Below are positions 38,363-49,400 of a DNA stretch of 64,000 nucleotides, in pieces. The DNA lies in the NCBI RefSeq assembly GCF_964213995.1, contig NC_135801.1:145576001-145640000 (forward strand). Direction: 5' to 3'. The notes beneath the pieces were generated by a model that saw only the letters and a program-made list of their open reading frames with translations, did not search any database and was not told the DNA's origin. The first letter of the stretch is position 1; each line of letters opens with the position of its first letter. Source of the DNA: Mustelus asterias (taxonomy: Eukaryota). The translations under genes were made by a program, and so were the position numbers.

Positions 38363-41059
38363 ATTTTATGCTTTTAAAGTTTCAAAAGTTCATTTATTTA
38401 TTAGTCACAAGTAAGGTTTACATTAACGCTGCAATGAAGTTTTGCATGCAATATATTAATTATACAACAAACCTTTTTTTTAATACCATATTGTTATCAG
38501 TGCATTTTCTACGTTGCCAGTCTGTTTTTTTTTATACCCCAAGCCTTTGGAGGAGCGTTCTCACAAACAAACCAGATTACATTGACAGAAATTCTCTAAC
38601 GAATAATGTCACAGTGGGGGGAAGCTATTTAGTCGTTTGTTCTGAATTTAGGCGGAGCTGAGGGGGGAGATAATCGCAGGCTAGGGGTTACCACTCCTCC
38701 AGCAGTGAACCTGAGCACGAGTACACCGTCGAAACATGCTTCGGCCCAGGACCCTATAAAAGGTTCACTTGTTTTCAGTGAAACGGAAACGCCGAGAAAT
38801 TAAAACGGCGAACGGTCATTGTTTTGTAAATGCCGTGGCTTTTTGCAAGGTTTGAGACTTAATATAATAATCATAGACTTTTTTCACGATTCAGTATTCA
38901 AGACCGAATTTTAAACTAAAAATAACAAACATTGCACTTTTTCGCTTCGTTTCGAGAACGAACGGCATTTGATTTGAACAAAAGAACAAAACAAACAATT
39001 TAAGGAGTGTTGTTCCGGTTATAATGGGTTTATTAGTCTTCTACTGAGTACAAAGGACAAGGTTCACCGTTGGTTCTTGCTACTTGATTTCTTTGATTTC
39101 AATAATTGCAAATAGTTGGGGAAATTATAGGGGTTAGCACTCTCACACTGTGATATGCAGATTGCTTTATCCCGCGTCTTGACTTTTGCATTTTTCACAG
39201 TGGAGCACAGGGATGACATGTGCGCCGTTTAGGCTTGGTTAGGGAGCGAGATTAATTAATCGCCACATCGGAGGTTATAATTAGCGTTTCGGCAGCGTCA
39301 TCGGATTGATTTTTTGACTATTGAGTCTGACTAAGAAATGTGTGCTTGCTTACCCATGCTGCATACTGTTATATCATCGACACGTGTTTCTGCTGCTTTA
39401 CTGTGTGTTACACAACATATGGATCAGCATGTCAAGCACATTTCCGAAACTGAGGGATGCAGATTACAGAATACTCCTTTCCCGAACAAGGACTTTTGTA
39501 TTTGAGTGAAACTGTTCAAAATGTGTAAAACACCGAAACACGTTCAAAATACACATGCGATGCGATAATATGACTGGGGGAAATGTTGCAAAATGGACAA
39601 CTTTAGTGAAACCTTCCAAACATATAATACAGCGAACCCGGTAGTTTCAAAACGAGATCGTTTGTATAACTGTAGGATGCGTTTAAAAACGTACATCATT
39701 TCGACAGCTTTTACAGCCCAACCTCTCTGGACGGGACAGTTCCAAATATTTGTGATTATTTTACTAAAACGATATTTTAAAATATATTTTACCATTGGCC
39801 TGGAATTAATTAAATCATTCCGGGAAAGGCCTCCCCGAGGGGCGCTGGGGTGGGGCTGGGGGAGAGTTTCAATTGCAAAATACCTTTCCTGTAGATAATA
39901 CGTGACTTTCTTGCATGGTTTTCAACCATTAGATGTTAGTTAATATCTGATAGTCAGTTAATGTGTGCTGGGCGTGTGCCCGCCTCGGGTTAGTGTTCTA
40001 GAATGACTATAGAAAAAAAGAGTAGCAAAGTACTTTTAATGACATGATTATTAATACGCTCACGCGTAAGTATGAGTAAAAGTAAAACCCATGTCTTGCA
40101 GAATCTTACCCCGACAGGTGCCAAGTGACAGCTAAAGGGTATAATTAATCGACTGGCTGATTGATTAACTGTTTAATTGGATGGCGTAAGAGGAGCTATC
40201 TTTTTTATTAGCGTTCTTGTTAACGCTGACTGTTGACAAGGCTGACTGTTTAGTTTGTTTTCGAGACTGTTTACACGCGAGTGCCTTCTCCTTGGTCGGG
40301 GTTCAGGTTTTCATATCAGAGGAATGATCACCACGCAGTTTAGGCGCGATTTTAACGCCAGGGCTCTCTCGCCGCGAAGCTCTACGGCAAATGTTTGGAG
40401 TTGCTGGCACGCTTGTTCGCTCGCCGCCGAGGTCAAACCCAGAGCCGGCTCAGAGTCTTAGCTCTGACATTTGTTTCTTTTCCCGGGGTGAATTGTCCCA
40501 AGTGCCCGCCAGCATCAAGTGGAAATGCGCAGAGTTGCATGCAAATAATTCGAAACCTCAGGATCCGCAACGTTGAAGAGAGATGGGGAGTTTTGGATAA
40601 GATTAACCATCCATCCTATTCCCATCCGTCTCTTCCTGCTGGAATTTTGTGAGGATCTTTTTTTCCCTCTTCTCTCGGCACAATGACAGTGGCAAATTCT
40701 GGTGGAAACACTTTCTTGCTACGGTGACATGGGCAATCATATTTTCCAGACTCCAACTTGAAGAATCTCTGGAATTATTTCATATTTAATTCTACTGAAA
40801 AAGATCCGTTATTGTGTGCGTGAAAGCGACCTTTGCCGCGGTGAAACTGGGAGAAGACAGTGAGAGGAGCTGAGTTCGAGAGACCAAGCCTATTCTCGTT
40901 TGCAACCCTGTTCTGTGCTGAGTTCGCTGTTTCTCAGTTGAGACCGCGGTAGAGATGCTACGGTTGACCTCAGACCTCCGCGCCTTCGCGTTAGAAAGAG
41001 AGGGTGTGGAGGTTCCAGTCTTTATCACTTATCCCGTTACCTCTTGTTGATAGTGTGAA

Positions 41060-41250
41060 TTTGATTTGATTTATTATTGTTACATGTATTGGGATACAGT
41101 GAAAAGTATTATTTCTTGCGCACTAGACAAACAAAGCATACCGTTCATAGAGTACATGGGGAGAAGGAAAGGGCGCAGAATATAGTGTTGCAGTCACAGA
41201 TAGGGTGTAGAGGAAAATCAGCTTCATATATGATGGGTCCATTCAAACGT
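41060..41250 (-). mobile_element. 3' end of a non-CR1 LINE (Rex1/Babar-like tail)
   Basis: Minus strand ends CTTTTCACTGTATCCCAATACATGTAACAATAATAAATCAAATCAAA; second copy at 42253-42400. Clade assignment is from memory of tail type. Confidence 0.55.
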
Positions 41251-42252
41251 TTTAGGTAAGGAGGGAATTGAGCTCCGTTATGAGGCCACACAATGTGGGA
41301 TGTGTGCAGGTTCCAACATGAACATGGAAGTACCGAGGGCTCCTGATATCAGGAATTGAGAAGCAGAGAAACTAGACATAAAGGCAATTCTTTTCTCTCT
41401 CTCTAAAATGCACACTTGACCTGAGCTCACTTAGCTGGTGGTGTTTTATTAGTTCCCGTCTGCTGTCAACGATAGTCAGCTTCTGAAATAACTTATGCTC
41501 ATTAACGAGTTGAGTGGTGACCAACAAAATACACAACCTACACGAGTCACTATTTCTATTTCCTATTGTCACTGCAGCTTAGTCTATTAATGGTGGCGGC
41601 GAGTTGACTTCCGAGGGCCGGCTGTGTTGAATAATAAGTGCCTCCAATGTTTACTCACTGTCACCCAATCAAGTTAGGAATAACTTATTCACCAACTGCA
41701 GTTACGCCATCGACCAAATTTACTGGCGGAGTTGATCAATAACCGATAACCATATTGATTAGTTGACTAGTGTTGACATTCTTGATGTATGTAGACTGAT
41801 ATAATTCTTTTTAGTTAATCAAACTTTTAAACAGTGATGCTGCTGCCTAAATACAATGCACCTATACTTATTGAAATTCAGCCCAGTCCAGATTGGAGTA
41901 AAATGGTCAGATAAGATGGGCTTCAATGCCGATAGCCGATAGGAGGGAGGCTGGTGTGGAGATCGAGTCCGCGCATACATTCAGTGGCTCCACATGGTCT
42001 AGACAGCCAACACCATCAACAGAGACTTGGAACTGCACCTCCTTCGCCAGTCTTGTCCCACGTAAGATCCTGGGCATTGCATCGCCAATGAAGAAATGCT
42101 GCAGAGGACTGACAGGAGGGTGCCCACAGGGCACTGTGACAGAGAGAGCGCTGAGGCTGGCAGAGAATGGCCAGCAGCTGGGCCGGCCAAAGGAAAGCCT
42201 GGCCAAGTACCCCTTCCCCCCCACCACCACCACCAGGGCTGGAGAGAAAGAG

Positions 42253-42400
42253 ATTTGATTTATCATTGTTACATGTATTAGTATGCAGTGAAAAGTATTG
42301 TTTCTTGCGTGCTACACAGACAAAGCATACCGTTCATAGCGTGCATAGGGGAGCAGGAAAGGAGAGGGGGCAGAATATAGTGTTGCAGTCATAGCTAGGG
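42253..42400 (-). mobile_element. Second copy of the LINE 3' end at 41060-41250
   Basis: Shares ATTGTTACATGTATT..CAGTGAAAAGTATT..CAAAGCATACCGTTCATAG..CAGAATATAGTGTTGCAGTCA. Confidence 0.65.
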
Positions 42401-43010
42401 TTTTGCCATGGACCCTGCCATCTTGGCGGAGTCTTGCTGCCCATTGGAGAGGAGCTAGGTTGCTGCCCCAAGTCAATGCTAACAGAGGTCAGGCAACCGG
42501 AACTATGATTTTTCATCTGAATTATTCATGGGCGATTAGGAATTCAAATCCTGCTCTTACATTTCTCACGTGCGGTTTCGGTCGGAAACTGAAATGAGGA
42601 TTTGTGTGTGGTTAACATCTCTCCCAGCTTCGCGGTTTACTCGTAAAGCCCATAAGATGTTATGCGGCCCTTTGAACTCAGGTTAGTTATTCACTCTGTT
42701 TGTCAATCATAAATGTAAAGTAATGTTCTGTAGTTATGTCTGTGCTCACTTGGGCTTGCACACTGCTGCTGCAGTGCTGTCACTGAGCATTGTGTGTGCA
42801 ACGCTGCCATCTCCTGGTCATAGACTCTTGACACACGCTGGGAGTGGTGAAATATTACATTTTTGACATTAAAAATCAATTGCAATTACGTTTCCTGGAA
42901 GCTCCGCAGATATTGTATTTAGCATTCCGTGCGGGAGATATATGTAATACTATCAGTTTAAGAAAAGGGAAGGGATAAAAGGAACAATTGCATCCAATTG
43001 CAGAGGTACG

Positions 43011-43031
43011 TTCAGCACCGCGGACAGGTCC
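43011..43031 (+). promoter_or_regulatory. RE1/NRSE (REST binding site) in ONECUT2 intron
   Basis: TTCAGCACCGCGGACAGGTCC vs consensus TTCAGCACCnCGGACAGCGCC; both half-sites perfect, canonical 2-nt spacer. Confidence 0.8.
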
Positions 43032-44144
43032 TAGAGGAGAGCCGGTCCCTTGAAAATACTCCTTACAGCAGGGGGCTATAAAACGGTATTTGTAAGAACG
43101 GTGACGTTGACATTTTAGTTGTGCTTCGCCACATAAGATAGTCTGCTTCCCTTTGTGTGTTGTGTTATATCTTACTGTTGGTAAGATGAATTGGAATTGG
43201 TGCATAAATGCCCTTGAAAACGAAGTAAAACAATTCAATTCGCACTATTTTCTTCATACCACTGCTGAAGGCGCTAAGCAATGCTGGAATATACTTCAAT
43301 GGGGACGGTTCCTCATCCATTCTGCCTTGGTAAATACACCTTGTCAGTATGGGTCATTGGGCGAGCATACCGCAGAAGCTAAACCTTACTCGCTGCAAAC
43401 TCTCCCCGGCAGGAAAAAAAGAAAAGGGGAATTATAATTTACCCATTCCAAACCCAAGGTCAGCTGCAAAATCTGATCCGGAACAGACTCCAGATCCAAT
43501 CTAAGAAACCCATGTGTTTCTCCCTCTTCCCTCGGGACATGTCTTCAGAGTCTTAGGCTGTCAGGGTTAAGGGTGTTAGGCTTAGTCAGGATGCTCCAGC
43601 CGCCAGGCCTCTTCCGCAGACGTGATGGACCCGCTGGCCTCTTCCCGCCAGTCATTTTCCTACGTTTATTACATCATTTTCCCATCTCTAAGAGTGTGCA
43701 ATCTCAGCAGATGGGAGAGAGCATTTTCCACATATGAAGCCTCTTGACTCCTTGGTGACGCCCACACACAGTCACCCACTGGTAGACCTCAGGCCAATTC
43801 ATGTTTTGCTCCCAGAGATAAGTCATCTGAAAAATCTGTGGAAGTAAGGGGATTTGATCCACAGACTCCTGGATCTTGAAAATAAATTCTCTCATTGGCC
43901 CTAGGCGCTGCTAGCTAGGCCAGCACTTTTATTGGCTGCCCGTTTGTGCTTGATTGAAAATAATGGCTGGAATGTTTCTTAATAGGGTGCACTGTTGAAG
44001 TGACCACAAATTGCAATCGACTAGATATCACTGAACCCATGAGAATTTCCATTTTTAAGCTATTCCTCACCGTAAAAACCTTTGAAAAAGTGACACCTTG
44101 TTGAGTGTGTGTAACTGTTTTTAACAATATATCAAGCCCACCGT

Positions 44145-44472
44145 GGGGCGGCCCGGTGGCACAGTGGTCAGCACTACTGCCTCACAGTGCCAGAGACCCG
44201 GGTTTGATTCCCGGCTTGGGTCACTGTCTGTGTGGAGTTTGCATGTTCTCCCCATGTCTGTATGGGTTTCCTCCAGGTGCTCCAGTTTCTTCCCATAGTC
44301 CAAAAATATGTGGGTTAGGTTGATTGGCCATGCTAAATGTTAGGGGGTTGTCAGGGGGATTAGTAGGGTAAATATGTGGGGTTATGGGGATAGGGCCTGT
44401 GTGGGATTGTTGTTGCTGCAGGCTCGAAGGGCCAAATGGCCTCCTTCTGCACTGTAGGGATTCTACGATTCT
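44145..44472 (+). mobile_element. HE1-type V-SINE, tail A
   Basis: Head, core and GGGATTCTACGATTCT tail. Confidence 0.9.
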
Positions 44473-44625
44473 AAATATACATGGTCAAACTCTATGGCAC
44501 TGCAAACCTATGTTTATAGTTGTGTTTTGTCACATTTTTCCATTGTGATAAAACAAATCCAAATTGTTCTTTAAAAAGTTAAGTTTGTTTACATTAATTT
44601 AGCCTCCACCTTAATTCCATCTTCA

Positions 44626-45256
44626 GGCAACACGGTGGCACAGTGGTTAGCTCTGCACAGCGCCAGGGACCTGGGTTCTATTCCCAGCTTGTGTCACTGT
44701 CTGTGTGGAGTTTGCACATTCCTTCTAATCATCAAATCAAATCATGTGCACATTCACCACTGAACAGGCCCTCTAAGAACACCATTGATGCATTTCAGTT
44801 TGCACATTCTCCTCGTGTCTGCGTGGGTTTACTCCGGGTGCTCCGGTTTCCTCCCACAGTCCAAAGATGTGCGGGTTAGGTTGATTGGCCAGGTTAAAAA
44901 TTGCCCCTTAGAGTCCTGGGATGCGTAGGTTAGAGGGATTAGCGGGTAAATATGTGGGGGTAGGGCCTGGGTGGGATTGTGGTCGGTGCAGACTCGATGG
45001 GCCGAATGGCCTCCTTCTGCACTGTAGGGTTTCTATGAATCTATGAATTTCAAACGAATCAAAATGTGTGAGTTCCCTCTGGGTGCTCACAATCGATTCT
45101 CCCACAATCCGAAAATGTGCTGGTTAGGTGCATTGGCCATGCTAAATTCTCCCTCAGGCACCAGAGTGTGGCGGCCAGGGGATTTTCACAGTAACTTCAT
45201 TGCAGTGTTAATGTAAGCCTTTGTGACACCAATAAATAAACGTTCCTTTAACTTTA
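44626..45256 (+). mobile_element. Composite: tail-B SINE interrupted by filler DNA and a 5'-truncated young tail-A SINE (44797-45047)
   Basis: Old head 44626-44720, filler 44721-44796, young SINE to TTCTATGAATCTATGAA, remaining old core and tail B at about 45067-45256. Confidence 0.85.
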
Positions 45257-46171
45257 CCTTAAATTCCAAGCGCAATTTTATTTTCCGTGAGCAAAATGAT
45301 ACTAAAAGTAAAGATTAATCAGTCCACCTGTCTTCTTTGCTGTTTGTGAGAATACTTCAACGTGATTGGCTGCTTACCCAATTTGGTGACATCATTGTTG
45401 CTAGCTGCCTGGAAATCTCTTTGACCTGGCCTCAAATTCAAACTAATGCCAGGACAGGGAAGATTCATGGAGACCGCTTTGTGAGCAGCATCCTTCGAGA
45501 TCAGCATTGAGCACCGAAGCTTCACCGCTGATTGCAGAATCTGCACCAATAGGTGTATCACACCAGAACTAGAGCAGTGTGGGAGGCAAGTACGGGGTGT
45601 GGTTGGAGCTAGCCACATTTCCCACTTACGGTGGTTATCTAGTGATTCTTGGAAATTATGCATGTTGGGCTTTAGGAGAAAATAGTATTGGATTTTGGTT
45701 AACAATTCATTGAAAAGTCTGGAAGAGTTATTGCTTACACATTATTAATGGTCAGAGTACCAGAAAGCACTCAACATTCTTAGAGCATGTCCTGAAGCAG
45801 GACTGAGAACCTTTAAAAGAGAAGAAAATAGTTAAAAGAATAAAACAAAACACACAGGGAATGATTGTGTAGTAATCAGTGCACACATTTATTGCAGTAC
45901 TTAGGTTTACCTTAGTGCAGACATGTTTTGCAATCAAACAGTTAGAACACTGGTCAACAAAATAAGTGCCTTGATCATTTCCGTGTTTATTGCCATCAGT
46001 TGATTTCCACTCCACCCTAGACCCCCCTTCCCAAAACGCATTGAGTAATTCTAAACCTCAAATAAATCAATATGATATTTTATGGAAGATTCACTATTGG
46101 AGAAACAAACTAGGGTCAGTCCGTTTCTATAAATTCTCAACATTATTCTCTTTTCTTTTTTTTTATCCCAG

Positions 46172-46464
46172 CGTGTAAACGCAAAGAACAAGAACAGAAC
46201 AAAGAGAAGAGCAATACACCAAAGAAGCCACGGCTAGTTTTCACTGACCTCCAACGCCGAACTCTTTTTGCCATTTTCAAGGAAAATAAACGCCCTTCCA
46301 AAGAGATGCAACTCACGATCTCACAACAGCTCGGTCTGGAGTTGACCACCGTCAGTAATTTCTTTATGAACGCCCGGAGGCGAAGCTTGGACAAATGGCA
46401 GGACGAAGCCATGTCGAGCCCAGGGGCATCATCGTCGACCTCAAGCACTTGTACCAAAGCATGA
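46172..46464 (+). CDS. ONECUT2: ONECUT2 exon 2 (atypical homeodomain, stop), 293 nt; absent from the ORF track
   Basis: Acceptor (T)nATCCCAG|CG; ACKRKEQEQNKEKSNTPKKPRLVFTDLQRRTLFAIFKENKRPSKEMQLTISQQLGLELTTVSNFFMNARRRSLDKW...STCTKA*, with the Onecut F48/M50 signature (FFMNARR). Spliced CDS is 1416 nt = 471 aa. Confidence 0.97.
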
Positions 46465-49400
46465 TTGAGGACAGTGCACCTGAACAGGGCACAACTCAAC
46501 ACCTTTTTTTTTTGCTTTTGACGAGGCTGTTCAGTGGTGAGTGCATAAGCACAATCTTGATCAATACATTCAAACCAATAAAGGGAAGACACATATTTCT
46601 TAATGTGTCTGGCTTAAGATTTCCCCTTGAATCAATTTGGAGTCCTTGCTATAAACTGACAACGAAGCTGAGAGTCTACTTGGTGAATTTCCAGAGATCA
46701 TCAGACATGGCACAACGAGCTATGTTGCTGAGCAATAATATGTCTAGTGCTTTGCCTGAAGAGTTTTAACTGTGCTAAAATAATCATTAGATAATGAGTT
46801 GATTTCAGTTATCAGTTTCTGGCAATGATATGCAGTCATTTTTGATACGGTAAACTAGTACACTGAAAGTAATTGACCGGCCATTTTGATTATTTTTAAA
46901 TAGAAGCCTCAGTAGAATTATTGGAGAACATTTTGTACAATCATGCAATCTCATCACTAACCAGACTGTTTAAGAATGGGCTGTTAGTGGTAAGTATGCA
47001 AGCACAAAATATCAAAGTCATTTTCAGAGACTTTCAGTCCGTCATTAACACAACACAAATCTTGAATGATGCTGGTAAACGTGCCCTCACTGCTATATTC
47101 ACCCATTGGGTGGAGCTGTTGGTGGTGGGAATGCAAGCACAACCTTCAAGCACATTCCTTCTAATCAACAAATTCCTGAGATTTTGTAATACCCATTCAT
47201 GTGGTCTGCTTCATTTTGTTTTCAGAAGATACCAGGGCCATTAGGTTTAGAAGGCAGTTGTTTGCTGCAGGAAGAATAAATACTGTTTGTCTTAATAGCT
47301 GTAGATTACTATGCATCCATTCTATTCAATACTTATATTCTATTTTTGGCCAACACTGGTTTACTACTGCAAACGCACTGAGTAGCCCATGTGTAAAGGG
47401 GTGGGGGGGGGAGGGGGGGGGCTGCCCATGGTGAGTGCAGAAGCACAAACATTAAATAGCTTTATTTTTCCTGAAACGCAACATCATCACCCCTTCTTCC
47501 AACATGTGCACATTCACCACTGAACAGGCCCTCTAAGAACACCATTGATGTGTTTAAAGGCAAGCCAAAGGCTTTAAAGACTCTCGTGAAGACACTTGAT
47601 ACTTTTTTTTCTATTTATTATTAAATCGAAACCAAAGAAACTTTTTTCTGCACCTAATTGTTCTGCAACAAACTTTTAAACAAAAGAAGCACGTCAGGAA
47701 ACAACATACGCACTGTGTTTCAATGGTTGTCTTAGTCGTTTTGGGAAGCAGAGTTACGAAAGGGTTAACAAGAAAAATAACAACAACAAGGGAGCAATGC
47801 CACGGATCATTGCTGCTTCATTTGACGACACTTGCCACCTCTTAAAGTTGAATATTGTCTTTAACGTGTGCCTATGCAGTTTTTCAGAAACGTTGTACAG
47901 AACAACAGAAAACCTCTTCCGCTTCAACCAAAGTCAGCTTCACAGAGACATGGATCTGTTTGTAGTTTTTATGCATTACAGTTGAGTGCTGTTTGCACAA
48001 TTGGCCTGTCTTTCAATGTTCGTCTTATTGAGAGAGGGAAGTACCCACTCGGTTTCACAATTTCCTCCCAATTAGCGATTCCAATGGAACAGGATACCAA
48101 CCAATGGATCCAAATGGCTCCAAGCACAAGATGTTAGGGTGAAGATTAAACACCTCTACCAAAGATAGTAACCCACTCCTATACCTCAGTAAAGGTAACT
48201 AAATATGGGAGGGTTTTTTTTTACTGAATGTTGCATTACATTAGCTACTAAACATTACCATGATCTCAGCCATATATATTAAGCAAGTATTCAACATAGC
48301 CAATGGTTCTACTCAAGTTTGGATAATTTAGGTGAAATATAGCTTTTAATTTGTAATTTTGATGATTTAATCTTTTGTAAATTAATGCATTTCATGCAAT
48401 ATTAATATATTCCAAATTATTTGACTTGTGTTGTTTATCTAGTGTAGTATGTATAAACTTTTTATTTTGAAATGTGATAATTATTTATTTTAAAGATTCA
48501 GATTCAATTGATCCCTAGATTTTAAAAAGTTCACTCTTCATCTTAAGCACAATAGAACCCCCTGGTTATGTTTGTTGGTGAATTTAGTAAATGATTACAA
48601 TAGCTAATACATCAATTGTACTTTAACCTAAATATCTTATGAGTTTCTCATTCATTGATAGACATTTAGCTCAGCGTCTTGTGCATGGAGTCCATGCGCA
48701 CGTCCAAGATGAGTTCAACTTTGAAGAATATCAGGAGTCTACGATAATTTTACAACAAGAAGACAGTGCAGTATTGGTATACTGTAGTCCAATAGCTTTA
48801 TCCAAGCATGTGGAAGCTTTTATCCTTAAACAAAGCTATATCCAAAGAAACCAAACCGATCGGACCAGCAAACTGAAGGTTGACCCCACAGAGAGAATGA
48901 CAGTACTTTCACTGTGTGGCTATTATTGTTTTGTACCAACTCAGCTATTAGAAAAATGCCATATTGTGGTAACAAGTTCAGACAGTTGACAGTGATGTTT
49001 TCATTGCTCGTCACAATACCCACAGGCCGTGTAAATGATTTAATTAACACAAGTTGATTTCTAAACAAGTTAGCAATTTTTAAAGTGCTTGTGACTGTAG
49101 TTTAGAAATCAAAAAGCTACATCAGCTTTATTATTATTTGTATTATTTTTGGTATTTATTGTGAACTATATATTTAAGTGCTGAATTTTCTCTTATTTAT
49201 CAAGTATTAAAATGAAAGTTGCAGTGCTTCAGATAGCCTTTAATCATATTGTCTGTTTTATTTTATAAAGTAACAGAGATTAATTCCTTTAATGTTGATT
49301 TATTTTGTTAGAAAAAATTACAAATTACGACTGGGAGTAAAATTGCACATGCATTGATATACACCTAACACAACTCCAATCCTGTATCCTATAAAATTCA

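Noticed and set aside
41900-42200. Overlapping 110-119 aa ORFs
   Set aside because: Fragments (RKILGI...NEEMLQR) suggest a decayed RTE-like LINE; too weak to call and not a host exon.
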